Shown: positions 29,676-39,044, counted from the first letter of the stretch. The stretch is DNA of 64,000 nucleotides from Candidatus Latescibacterota bacterium (GCA_965116885.1 OZ220741.1:352001-416000), one strand, 5' to 3'. Numbers and translations: made by a program. Notes: generated from the letters alone by a model not told the origin.

Positions 29676-30683
29676 TCAAACATTCCACACCCGCTCAAAC
29701 AGATTCATCCAATTCCCGCCCAACAGTTTGGTGATATCCTCGGCACTGTACCCGCGATTGACGAGTGCCTCTGCCAGATTGGGAAACTCCGCTGGACTGT
29801 CAATCCCCTTCGGTTGAAAACTCAGTTCGGTGTATGGCACCGAGCCATCGGCAAAAGTCGAGGGAAACTTCGTACCCTGCTGTGAACCGATATAATGCCA
29901 GAACTCGAGCGGCTGATCGTGCGTGGAATCCGTCCCAATAGCCACGTGATCAATACCGACCCGCTCTACCATATCGTCGATAGCATCGACAAAATCCTCG
30001 ACAGTCGAATCGAATCCTTTGGGAAGAAAATGCGCGTAAGACGTGGCACCCACAACGCCCCCCTTTTCGGCCAGAAGCTTGAGCGCATCTTCCTCCTTGT
30101 TCCGCGGATGATTGCAAAAACTGCGCGCATTGGCATGGGTAATGGCGACCGGCTGCTCGGACATCTCAATGGCGTCCATCGTCGTTTTCGGACCGACATG
30201 CGATAGGTCAATAACAATACCGAGCCGGTTCATTTCGCGCACCGCATCCACGCCAAAATTGCTCAGGCCACCATCGGTTCGCTCCCAGCAGCCACTACCC
30301 AGCAAATTGGTCTCGTGATAGGTCAGTTGAATCACCCGCACACCCAGAGCGAGAAACAGCCCCAGGCGATCCAGCTCGTTTTCTATGGGCGAAGCATTCT
30401 GGAAACTGAGAATAATCCCGGTCTTCCCCTGCTCTTTGGCGGCATAAATATCGGCCGTCTCTTTCACCTGCAAAATATCATCGCGCTCGCGAAAGCGCCG
30501 CATCCACGCCGACAGATGCGCCATAGTCTGCACAAAATTTTCCCACGTAGCCACCGTGGCATTGATCGCGGTAATATTGCCTGCTCGCAAACGCCTGAAC
30601 ACCGCGTCGCTCTCCCAGTTGCTAATGCTCAGGCCATCTATCACAATCGCCTCGTCGTAGATCTTCCTCGCATCCGTACTCAT
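29676..30683 (-). CDS. Membrane dipeptidase (M19) family protein, non-canonical subtype
   Basis: IDLSH, THAN, HPRNK, IGTD and LGGN motifs; N-terminal IDGL replaces the usual HxD. Confidence 0.88.
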   Translation of the reverse strand: MSTDARKIYDEAIVIDGLSISNWESDAVFRRLRAGNITAINATVATWENFVQTMAHLSAWMRRFRERDDILQVKETADIYAAKEQGKTGIILSFQNASPIENELDRLGLFLALGVRVIQLTYHETNLLGSGCWERTDGGLSNFGVDAVREMNRLGIVIDLSHVGPKTTMDAIEMSEQPVAITHANARSFCNHPRNKEEDALKLLAEKGGVVGATSYAHFLPKGFDSTVEDFVDAIDDMVERVGIDHVAIGTDSTHDQPLEFWHYIGSQQGTKFPSTFADGSVPYTELSFQPKGIDSPAEFPNLAEALVNRGYSAEDITKLLGGNWMNLFERVWNV

Positions 30684-30698
30684 CGGCCTGTACCCCTA

Positions 30699-31799
30699 TC
30701 AATAATCCGACACTGCCCCATCCCGGAGCCTCGCATTCGGCCACTCGAATGGACGCGCTGGATTCTTACCCACTTCAATTGCACGCGCTTCATTGACCTC
30801 AACGCCCAGCCCGGGTCCCTCGGGCAACGACACATAACCTTCGTCATCCATTTCCCAGGTCTTAATCGCCACATCTTCGGGAAGCACACCCGCATAGCCC
30901 TCGTGAATCAAAAACATCGGCACCGACGCCGCCACATGCAGGCTCGCCGTCAAACCCAGGTGAGACATCGTGCAATGCGGTGCAATAGGGACAAAATGCG
31001 CTTCGGCGAGTGCAGCCACCTTCTTCATCTGGGTAATCCCCCCACCGTGACCGCAATCCGGCTGAAGCACATCGATCACCTGCGCCTCCAAAATCTCCCG
31101 CACCTCCCAGATCGTGCGATCCCGCTCACCCGTCGCAAGGGGCACCGGCACCATCTCGCGAACCTTCTTCATATTCTCTATATTCCCCGGCACCCACGCC
31201 TCTTCCAAAAACAGCAAATCATCGGACTTCAAATAGCCCGCAAACTGCCTGACCAGAGGTGGCGGCAAACAGCTATGCGCATCGAACATCACGGCACCAT
31301 CGTGTCCCACCTTCTCCCTCGCATCTTTAATCTTCTGAACAATTGCCTCAATCTCGGCAGGCGTACCCGCAAAATACTGGGCGCCGCCCGGTCCCGTCTT
31401 GATCGCCTTTGGACTTGGATACATCCATATCTTATCCCGACACGGACCGCCCAACAGGCGATACACCGGAACCCCGTGCAGCTTGCCACAGATATCCCAC
31501 AGTGCCATATCAATCGCGGAAATCGTGTGAACCATCAAACCGCCGTTGCGAATATTGCGATGTGCGCGGAACATCCGTTGCCAGAGATGCTCCGTACGCG
31601 TGGGATTCTCTCCAATAATCAACTCGGAAAGCGACTCTGCAAGCGCGCAAGTCACCTTTGTATCCATATTATTGATCTCACCCCAGCCCGTAATCCCGGC
31701 ATTTGTCTCGATCTTGACATATCCCTTCACCCCAATCGGTATCGCGGTCAACCCCGTAACGCGAATACGCGATGCTCTGTCTTCGTGATCATTGCTCAT
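30699..31799 (-). CDS. Galactonate dehydratase-like enolase-superfamily enzyme
   Basis: G.TGWGE, DMALWDI.GK, FDAH, LEEA, ATGER, QPD..GG and APH motifs. Confidence 0.88.
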   Translation of the reverse strand: MSNDHEDRASRIRVTGLTAIPIGVKGYVKIETNAGITGWGEINNMDTKVTCALAESLSELIIGENPTRTEHLWQRMFRAHRNIRNGGLMVHTISAIDMALWDICGKLHGVPVYRLLGGPCRDKIWMYPSPKAIKTGPGGAQYFAGTPAEIEAIVQKIKDAREKVGHDGAVMFDAHSCLPPPLVRQFAGYLKSDDLLFLEEAWVPGNIENMKKVREMVPVPLATGERDRTIWEVREILEAQVIDVLQPDCGHGGGITQMKKVAALAEAHFVPIAPHCTMSHLGLTASLHVAASVPMFLIHEGYAGVLPEDVAIKTWEMDDEGYVSLPEGPGLGVEVNEARAIEVGKNPARPFEWPNARLRDGAVSDY

Positions 31800-31903
31800 A
31801 CATTCCTCCGCAAATAGAAGTGTAACGCGCATATTAGTCGAACAGCTTGACCAAACAGAGTGTAATTTAGCGTTTGAAAAAAAATATGGTATCTTTATTT
31901 TAC

Positions 31904-32106
31904 AGCCCGTAAGACCCACTCGCAGAGAGCTTTAGTGTTGGGTCGCATGGCGAAGGGCTTCCGAATTTATGGTGCGGTGCTTCCGTGTAAAATCATCACG
32001 GAACATGCTTAGCATGGTGGCACATTGCTCAAGGCAATGTGGGCGGTGGAGCGGTGTACAAGTGCGCCAGCACTTCATCGACCAAAATCATCCGTTCACT
32101 GACTAC
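31904..32106 (+). ncRNA. Putative structured RNA/ssDNA region at the element left end
   Basis: At least six stems in about 200 nt, several needing G-U pairs on the + strand; no long ORF. Confidence 0.4.
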
Positions 32107-32113
32107 ATAAAAC

Positions 32114-32142
32114 TTGCATAAATCACTGTTTTTATGTATATT
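32114..32142 (+). promoter_or_regulatory. sigma70 promoter for probably leaderless tnpB
   Basis: TTGCAT-N17-TATATT ending 6 nt before the ATG at 32149; no SD sequence. Confidence 0.6.
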
Positions 32143-32148
32143 TACATT

Positions 32149-33255
32149 ATGGAATACTTAACATACAAATACAAAATGTATAGTCTCTGTGACCGCAATA
32201 AGTATCTGCACTATGAGATAGACGCTTTTGCTCAGGTGTATAATCATTTCATTGCTTTGCATAAGCGATACTATCGGCGTTTTGGCAAGTATCCGAGTAA
32301 GTTCACAATGATTAACCATTTGGCAAAGCTGAAAAGAACAGGACGATTTGCTCATTGGCGTTTGTTGCCGAGCCAGGCATTGCAAAATGTGATTGAGCGT
32401 ATAGACTTTGGCTATCAGAAATTCTTTGCCAGAGACAACAAGCGTCCGCCTACTTTCAGGTCTCGCTTTCGGTATCAGTCCTATACACTCAAGCAAGCAG
32501 GATACAAATTCCTTGCGCGTAACAAGGTGCGTATCGGCAAGCGTATATTTCGCTATCACAAAAGCAGAAAATTCGATTTAGATAGTATCAAAACGGTCAC
32601 AATCAAACGGGACCGTGTAGGCGATTTGTGGCTATGTGTTGTTGCAAAGGCTAAAGGTATCAAGTCATTCATGATCAAGAACGGTAAAACCGCAGGTTTT
32701 GATTTTGGCTTGAAAACATATCTAACAGCCTCAGATAACACACGGATACAATCGCCTTTGTTCTTCAATCGTAATTCGAGGAAAGTCAAAAAGGCGAATC
32801 GCAATCTTTCTCGCAAGAAGAAAGGGAGCCATAACCGTCATAGGGCCAGAGTAAATCATGCCAGAGTGCATAGGCGCGTTGCTAATCAGCGCAGAGACTA
32901 TCATTGGCGACTTGCCCATCAACTGTGTAAAGACTATGACGTAATGTATTTTGAAACGCTGAATATCGACGCCATGAAAGCGTTGTGGGGCAGAAAGATT
33001 AGCGATTTGGGCTTCTCGGACTTTTTGAACATTCTCAAGTATGTTGCCAAAAAGACGGGCAAGGTTGTCAAACAAATCGACAAATGGCTGCCCACGTCAA
33101 AGACATGCTCTGCTTGTGGCACAGTCAAAGAGGACCTCGAATTGCGAGAGAGAACATTCCATTGTTGCGCGTGTGGTCTTGAGATAGACAGAGACCTCAA
33201 CGCGGCGATAAACATTCACAGGTGGAGGCGTCCACCTATGGCGGAGGTAGCGTAA
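32149..33255 (+). CDS. tnpB: RNA-guided endonuclease TnpB
   Basis: RuvC-I GFDFG, RuvC-II FETLN, Zn finger CSACG..CCACG, RuvC-III DRDLNAAINI; all three acidic residues intact. Confidence 0.95.
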   Translation: MEYLTYKYKMYSLCDRNKYLHYEIDAFAQVYNHFIALHKRYYRRFGKYPSKFTMINHLAKLKRTGRFAHWRLLPSQALQNVIERIDFGYQKFFARDNKRPPTFRSRFRYQSYTLKQAGYKFLARNKVRIGKRIFRYHKSRKFDLDSIKTVTIKRDRVGDLWLCVVAKAKGIKSFMIKNGKTAGFDFGLKTYLTASDNTRIQSPLFFNRNSRKVKKANRNLSRKKKGSHNRHRARVNHARVHRRVANQRRDYHWRLAHQLCKDYDVMYFETLNIDAMKALWGRKISDLGFSDFLNILKYVAKKTGKVVKQIDKWLPTSKTCSACGTVKEDLELRERTFHCCACGLEIDRDLNAAINIHRWRRPPMAEVA

Positions 33256-33377
33256 GACTTGCCGAACTTCGGGAACGCAAGCAACTACTGTTGATCCCAC
33301 AATCCCTGCTGAAGCAACAAGATTTTAGAATCCCAATGCTTTAGCTTTGGGAGTACGTCAACATGCCAACGACACGC
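33200..33377 (+). ncRNA. Predicted omega/reRNA (scaffold from tnpB 3' end and right end, plus flanking guide)
   Basis: Position overlapping the tnpB 3' end and RE, as established for IS200/IS605 TnpB; the 5' boundary is approximate. Confidence 0.6.
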
Positions 33378-33415
33378 GAGTAGAAAGCACCAAACTTTAC
33401 CCGAGAAATAATAAA

Positions 33416-35248
33416 ATGACCTGTGCAACACTCACTGCAAAAACGCGCCAACAACCACCCGACTGGGCCGTGCGCCAGCGCCAACTAATAGCGGTAATGG
33501 ACCGCGCTGCCCACCCTTTTGTCGAACACAGCACCCGGCCGGACGGCACCCTGATCCAGCGCACGGTGTGGACGAGCATGGACGGCACAGACAACGGCTA
33601 TGAGGCCTTCCTCTCCTTCCCCCTCTTCTACCTGCTGGGCGGCGGCGAGCACATCCACCGGATCGCCCGCAAAGAGTGGGACGCCATCACCTATCAATAC
33701 GCCAACTACGGCACAGTGGATCGGGAATTCGTCACCGGCTTCGACTGGTTCCACCACTCCGAGAGCTACACCTACATCTACTATCTGGCCATGGCCGACC
33801 CCGAGAACCACATCGACCGCACCCGCGCCCTGCGCTACGCCGCCATGTACACTGGCGAGGATCCACTGGCACCCAACTGGGATGCCCAGCACTGCATGAT
33901 CCGCTCGCCCCTCAACGGCAGCCAGGGACCGCGCTTTGTAACCACCCGGACCGATTGGGACTACCACCGCCCCATTCTCTCCGGATACCTCGCTCCGTAT
34001 GAAGACATAGAAGGTGCTGACCGTTCTGACCCACTCTTCAAGGTCGATTGGACCGACGACCGGGTCTTCGCCCGGGTGCTCGACCAGATCAATCAACGCA
34101 TGACCCGCGGCGACGTACCCCTCAACCTGTGTGCCACCAGCCTGATCACCAACGCGTACCTCTACACAGGCGAAGACAAGTACCGGCAGTGGGTACTGGA
34201 TTATTTGCAAGCCTGGGAAGCGCGCTGCGCCACCAATGATGGCATCATGCCCGACAATATCGGTCCCAACGGCATCATCGGCGAGTTAATGGGCGGAAAG
34301 TGGTGGGGCGGGTACTACGGCTGGCGCTGGCCGCACGGGGCGCGCAATATCGTCGAGCCAGCCCTCGTCGCTGGCAGTTGCGCCCTGCTCATGACCGGCG
34401 ACATGTCGCATCTGGACCTGGCCCGCTCACAACTCGATATGCTCTGGGAAAACCGACGCGAGGAGAACAGCCAGATCCAGGTGCCAGCACGGCACGGCGA
34501 CCGCGGCTGGTTCGACTTCCGCCCACCCGATCCCCATTTGTACATCCACCTGTATTACCTGAGCCAGAGCGCCGAGGATCTGGCCCGTCTCGACGAGGTC
34601 TTCCCGGGACGCAAGGGCTTTGCGGGTCTGCCACCCGACTGGGGTGCTGCCAAGGCCGGCATCTGCCCCCCAAAAGCCTGGTTCGCCTTTACCGAAGGCA
34701 AAAATCCCGACTACCTCAACCAGGTCTTCGACTCGACCTATTCCAGCATCTGCCGCAGCCTGGAGCGTTTGGAAAGCGATGACAGCGACCCGGAAACGCG
34801 CGAATGCTACCACTTCCAGAAACTCAATCCAGTGCTGCCCGAAGCCCTCATTCAAATGGCCATGGGCACGCCCGCGGCCATATACAACGGCGGCATGCTG
34901 CAGGCCCACCTGCGCTATTTCGACCCGCAACACCACCGCCCGGGACTGCCCAAACACGTCGCGGCACTGGTTGATCGGGTCAGCGCCGACCAGGTCAGCG
35001 TATCGCTGGTAAATACCGATCCGGTGGAGAGCCGAGCCGTACTGCTCCAGGCCGGTTCCTTTGGCGAGCACTGCTTTACCCGTACCCACCTCGAAACCCG
35101 TGAGGGCGATGACCAATCCGTCGAGGTGAAAGGCAAATATCTTCGGATAAATCTGGGTCCAGGTGCTCAGGCACGCCTGCACATTGGACTGAAGCGCTTT
35201 GCCTTCCAGCCCTCCTACGCCCTCCCGCCTTTTGCAGACCTTTTCTGA
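33416..35248 (+). CDS. Conserved hypothetical protein (about 610 aa, aromatic-rich, possibly an alpha/alpha-barrel enzyme)
   Basis: Long ORF with strong GC3 codon bias; DGTDNGYE, DWFHHSE and WWGGYYGWRWPHG motifs; no family assignable with confidence. Confidence 0.75.
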   Translation: MTCATLTAKTRQQPPDWAVRQRQLIAVMDRAAHPFVEHSTRPDGTLIQRTVWTSMDGTDNGYEAFLSFPLFYLLGGGEHIHRIARKEWDAITYQYANYGTVDREFVTGFDWFHHSESYTYIYYLAMADPENHIDRTRALRYAAMYTGEDPLAPNWDAQHCMIRSPLNGSQGPRFVTTRTDWDYHRPILSGYLAPYEDIEGADRSDPLFKVDWTDDRVFARVLDQINQRMTRGDVPLNLCATSLITNAYLYTGEDKYRQWVLDYLQAWEARCATNDGIMPDNIGPNGIIGELMGGKWWGGYYGWRWPHGARNIVEPALVAGSCALLMTGDMSHLDLARSQLDMLWENRREENSQIQVPARHGDRGWFDFRPPDPHLYIHLYYLSQSAEDLARLDEVFPGRKGFAGLPPDWGAAKAGICPPKAWFAFTEGKNPDYLNQVFDSTYSSICRSLERLESDDSDPETRECYHFQKLNPVLPEALIQMAMGTPAAIYNGGMLQAHLRYFDPQHHRPGLPKHVAALVDRVSADQVSVSLVNTDPVESRAVLLQAGSFGEHCFTRTHLETREGDDQSVEVKGKYLRINLGPGAQARLHIGLKRFAFQPSYALPPFADLF

Positions 35249-35327
35249 GGAAAACAGCGAGATAGGGAAACGGGATTCGGAATGTTTCCCCATTTTGGAA
35301 ATAAGGACTATTTCAACACAGCACCTG

Positions 35328-36101
35328 TCAGGTAGAGTCCGGAGCAATCACATTGGGCCGACTGCCAACCGCCGGGGCACCCATAATCCGTCGTTGCTGT
35401 GGCGTAGGATCGAAATAGTTCGCCGGGTCGTAGGACGCCTGATGGTTGGCCATGTGTCCCGGATTGAATTTGTAGAGAAAGGCGCGCCGTTCGTGGGTAC
35501 CGCGCCAACCCTTCGTTCCGTGGGTCAAAGCCTCGGTAAAAATAACCGCATCGCCTGCATCCACCTCGGGCTGTACCACATAGGGCGGCACCCTCTTCAG
35601 CGAGCGCACATCCTCAGGCAGGTTCTCGGAGAAATTGCCCTTGTGGCTACCCGGAATACATACAAACCCACCATCTCCTGTCCCGGCTGGAGCCAGCATA
35701 AAAGTCACGACAGTTAGCCCCGTCCGCACCTGCCCATCCAGATAGTGAAAATATCGATGCGTCCCCAGTTCCGGCAGACCGTGTAGATTCCCGCTATCGC
35801 TACCAGCGTTCATAAACATGGCATAATCGTGGTCAATGCGAAATTTGGGACCGAGAAACTCCGCCAGAACCGGCACAATTCTCGGGTGATCGATCAACCG
35901 CTGGCAAGCTGTATCCCAACGGGAGACATAGCGGACATTGCGAATGCCGCGGCGCCCCTTGGAATCATTGCCATCCGAGTAATCCCTGGGATACACCCGA
36001 TCCGAGACCTCATTAAGCTCATCCACCTCCTCCTGTGTCAGCACGCCGCGGAGCACCAGATAGCCCTGCAGGTCGAACAGGTATCTCTCTTCGTCAGTCA
36101 T
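35328..36101 (-). CDS. PhyH-family dioxygenase, HxD replaced by H-G-L
   Basis: EERYLFDLQGYL, GGFVCIPGSHK, AGDAVIFTEALTHG..W and ERR motifs. Confidence 0.85.
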   Translation of the reverse strand: MTDEERYLFDLQGYLVLRGVLTQEEVDELNEVSDRVYPRDYSDGNDSKGRRGIRNVRYVSRWDTACQRLIDHPRIVPVLAEFLGPKFRIDHDYAMFMNAGSDSGNLHGLPELGTHRYFHYLDGQVRTGLTVVTFMLAPAGTGDGGFVCIPGSHKGNFSENLPEDVRSLKRVPPYVVQPEVDAGDAVIFTEALTHGTKGWRGTHERRAFLYKFNPGHMANHQASYDPANYFDPTPQQRRIMGAPAVGSRPNVIAPDST

Positions 36102-36111
36102 ACAATACCCC

Positions 36112-36873
36112 TCATTTATACTTCGCCCGGTATTCCGGCAGAGAACCATCGTCCTCCGGCTCGAACCCTATCAGCTCCCGCGCATTGGACAAATCCCACT
36201 TCTCCTCACCACCTTGAGACACCCCGTAGAAAATCTCAAACTTCAAATCCTCTGCCTCAATACACCGCCAGGTCATCTGAGCGATATCTCGAGGGCTAAA
36301 CCAGCGGGACTGCCCCGGCTCATAATCCCGCCCTGGTTCATCCAGCCCGTTGAAATTGGCGATCCGCAAACAGAACACCCGGATCCCGTACTGATCGGCG
36401 TAAAACCGACCCAGAGCCTCTCCAAACGCCTTGCCAGCCCCGTAAATCCCGTCCGGACGCACGGGTTTGTCCGGCACCGAACGAATGCCCTCCTTCTCAT
36501 TTATACCAGTCACATGATTCGTACTCGCATAGACCACCGTTGACACCCGATTAATCCGCGCTGCCTCGTAGATATTGTACGTCCCCTTCATATCCACATC
36601 AAACGTCACCTGTGCCCTCTGTGCATTCGGCATCCCCTGCCAGGTTCTAAAAAGAGCCAGATGGGCAATTGCATCCACCCCGGCGGCGGCCTCCACCATA
36701 GCCTCAAAATTGGAAATATCCGAAACCACCACCTCGTCCTTCTCATCCACATCGTCTGGAATCTGAGAGTGAAACATCAACCGAAAATCGTACCGGTTCC
36801 GCAAATGCTTTCGCAGCGCCGTCCCAATCTTGCCCGCTGCCCCCGTAATCAACAACTTCTTGCGTTCCGACAT
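36112..36873 (-). CDS. NAD-dependent epimerase/dehydrogenase (uronate dehydrogenase-like SDR)
   Basis: LITGAAGKIG, ASTNHV, PDGIYGAGK.FGEA and CLRI motifs. Confidence 0.85.
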   Translation of the reverse strand: MSERKKLLITGAAGKIGTALRKHLRNRYDFRLMFHSQIPDDVDEKDEVVVSDISNFEAMVEAAAGVDAIAHLALFRTWQGMPNAQRAQVTFDVDMKGTYNIYEAARINRVSTVVYASTNHVTGINEKEGIRSVPDKPVRPDGIYGAGKAFGEALGRFYADQYGIRVFCLRIANFNGLDEPGRDYEPGQSRWFSPRDIAQMTWRCIEAEDLKFEIFYGVSQGGEEKWDLSNARELIGFEPEDDGSLPEYRAKYK

Positions 36874-37052
36874 ATCGAATAATCCTTCTCAAATTAGTAT
36901 TAAAAAATAGTAGCGGCCTCATCTCCTAAAGTCGCAATCCCAAAAAAATAAATCAAGCAGAAACCAAATCGGAAGCGATCATTTTTTGATTGCCCCCGGA
37001 TTCACATCCAATTTTCTTATTCTCAGAACTTCTTTCCCGAAAGGCGGACACC

Positions 37053-39044
37053 GTGAACACACAAAGACATCCCGACCACGCAAAAGTACAGGCTCAATAC
37101 GTGGCCTACCTGCGGGAAAAACTGGTACAACTCCCCGAAAAGCGGATCGGCGATACCTTCCCCCGCACTCGAGAAGAATGGGAAACCCACGCCGCCAAAC
37201 TGCGCCCCATCCTCCGCACAATTTTCGACTTTCCCGAAACCAGCGGACCCCTCTGTCCTCGCACAGTCGGGAAAATCGAAAGAGACGACTTCACCATCGA
37301 AAAAGTCATCTACGACGCCGAACCGGGATCCTCTGTACCCGCCCACCTCTTCCTGCCAAAAGGCGTAACCTTTCCGGTCCCTGCCCTCATCTTCCCCAGC
37401 GGACACGGCGGAAGCAAAAGCGCGTTCTACAACCACTACGCGGGCCAGATCTACGCCAAAGCGGGCATCATCTGCCTGATCCCCGACCCGGTGGGCGAAG
37501 AAGAACGGGACGAAGAAAACCGCCCGGGAATACGCGGTCACCGTCTGGACTTCAGAATTGACCGGTGCTTTGAAGTGGGCCGCTCGGTCATCGGCAAAAT
37601 GACCTACGACATCACCCGCGGCATCGACTACCTCTGTATCCGTCCCGAAGTAGATACCGATCGAATCGGCTGTGTGGGCCACTCTCTCGGCTGCACCATC
37701 ACCATGAACGTCCTATGCACGGACAACCGCCTGGCCCTCAGCCTACCCGCCTCCTGGGTAACCCATTTCGACTACATCATCGGCGACCTGAGTTGCGAAT
37801 GGCGTCCCTATCGCCTCAAGCACTATGTCGATATGCCGGAACAAATCGCGATGGGTGCCCCCCGGTGTGCCACGCTCATCCTCGCCGGAGAATGGGACTA
37901 TCCTCCCCATGCGTATCGTGGACTACTGGAAACCTGCCGACAAGTACAACGGGTCTATGACATTTGCGACGCTGCAGACCGGTTCGACATCGACATCACC
38001 CCAAAAGGCGGCCACCGGCCCTACTTCCTCAACAAACCCGCCTTCGCCTGGGTGGAAAAGCACCTGGACATGCCGAAATTCGACGCAGAAGCAATAAAGC
38101 AACTACCAGAAGTCTATCTGGGAGACTGGACAGATGCCCACGGAATCGACATCGAATCGGGCTATAAGAGCCACAAACACTACGCGGGAACCGCGGTCAT
38201 CGATCTAAATGTGGCACCAGTACCGACCGACGAACTCACCTGCTTGCCGCCGAAAGGCTATGAAGCACCGGAATTTGCGATGCGGGGATGGGTAGCATCC
38301 ATCTTGAAAGAATTACCACCCGAGTTGGACATACCCCAAAAACTGGAAAACTGGAAACGCGAGCGGATAGCCCTGCGGGAATCCGTGGCAAAAGTCCTCG
38401 CAGTACCCGAAAACAGACCGAATATCTCCCCCGAAACCATCCGAACATTCGAAGAAAATGAATTTACTGCAGAAGAAATTCGCTACGGCGTCCTCGGGCT
38501 CTCATCCTTTCTATTAACCCCAAAGAATGCATCGGGAAAAACAGCCCTCTATCTCCACCAGAGCCGTACCAAACAGGGCGCCCTGCAAACAGGCGAAGTA
38601 CAGCACCTGATAGCTTCTGGCACAACCGTCCTCGCCCTGGATTGTGTCGGCATGGACGACAGCGGCATGCTATTGGGAGAACCATCGACAACGGCCAACG
38701 TACAGCACGTAATCGAAGCACTGGACCTCCTGAAACAGAGGGATATTCATCAAGCAACCTGCTATGGATACATCGATGACATCGCCCTGTACGCGGCGAT
38801 CCTGGACAACCGAATATCCGAAATCATCCTCGGCGCCAGAGGGGGAACTGAGCCGCACCACCAGCAGCGCTACCGGCAGGAAGGCGTCGTACCCTACATC
38901 TCCCGACATATCGGACGACCGGGACTCCTCTCACTCCTTGCCCCCCGGCCACTCACCGTAAAAATTGTAGAAAGAGAATTGGATCAGGTACAGAAAGTCT
39001 ATAGCCTGTATGGCGCAGAAAACAGGCTCAGAATCGTAGAATGA
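37053..39044 (+). CDS. Two-domain alpha/beta hydrolase (acetylxylan esterase/dienelactone hydrolase-like)
   Basis: IEKV, GHG, D..GE.ER, GIDYL..RPEVD..RIG and the GHSLG nucleophile elbow; GTG start after AAAGG. Confidence 0.8.
   Translation: MNTQRHPDHAKVQAQYVAYLREKLVQLPEKRIGDTFPRTREEWETHAAKLRPILRTIFDFPETSGPLCPRTVGKIERDDFTIEKVIYDAEPGSSVPAHLFLPKGVTFPVPALIFPSGHGGSKSAFYNHYAGQIYAKAGIICLIPDPVGEEERDEENRPGIRGHRLDFRIDRCFEVGRSVIGKMTYDITRGIDYLCIRPEVDTDRIGCVGHSLGCTITMNVLCTDNRLALSLPASWVTHFDYIIGDLSCEWRPYRLKHYVDMPEQIAMGAPRCATLILAGEWDYPPHAYRGLLETCRQVQRVYDICDAADRFDIDITPKGGHRPYFLNKPAFAWVEKHLDMPKFDAEAIKQLPEVYLGDWTDAHGIDIESGYKSHKHYAGTAVIDLNVAPVPTDELTCLPPKGYEAPEFAMRGWVASILKELPPELDIPQKLENWKRERIALRESVAKVLAVPENRPNISPETIRTFEENEFTAEEIRYGVLGLSSFLLTPKNASGKTALYLHQSRTKQGALQTGEVQHLIASGTTVLALDCVGMDDSGMLLGEPSTTANVQHVIEALDLLKQRDIHQATCYGYIDDIALYAAILDNRISEIILGARGGTEPHHQQRYRQEGVVPYISRHIGRPGLLSLLAPRPLTVKIVERELDQVQKVYSLYGAENRLRIVE

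Larger units (their letters stand above)
31899..33361 (+). mobile_element. IS200/IS605-family TnpB-only (IS1341-type) non-autonomous element
   Basis: Right-end hairpin GAATCCCAATGCTTTAGCTTTGGGAGTACGTCAA (guide GAAT, cleavage TCAA at 33358-33361). Left-end hairpin AAGACCCA..GCTTTAGT..TGGGT preceded by TTTAT at 31894-31898. tnpB inside, no tnpA. The left boundary is inferred. Confidence 0.85.

Noticed and set aside
32094..32186. Group I intron (IStron) core: GTTCACTGACTACA resembles the R element, and AATGTATAGTCT (32175-32186) the S element
   Set aside because: No convincing P3 pairing, the P7 flanking pair mismatches, the S-like motif lies inside tnpB coding sequence, and the element ends in TCAA rather than a terminal G. 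Not called, but worth a cmscan.
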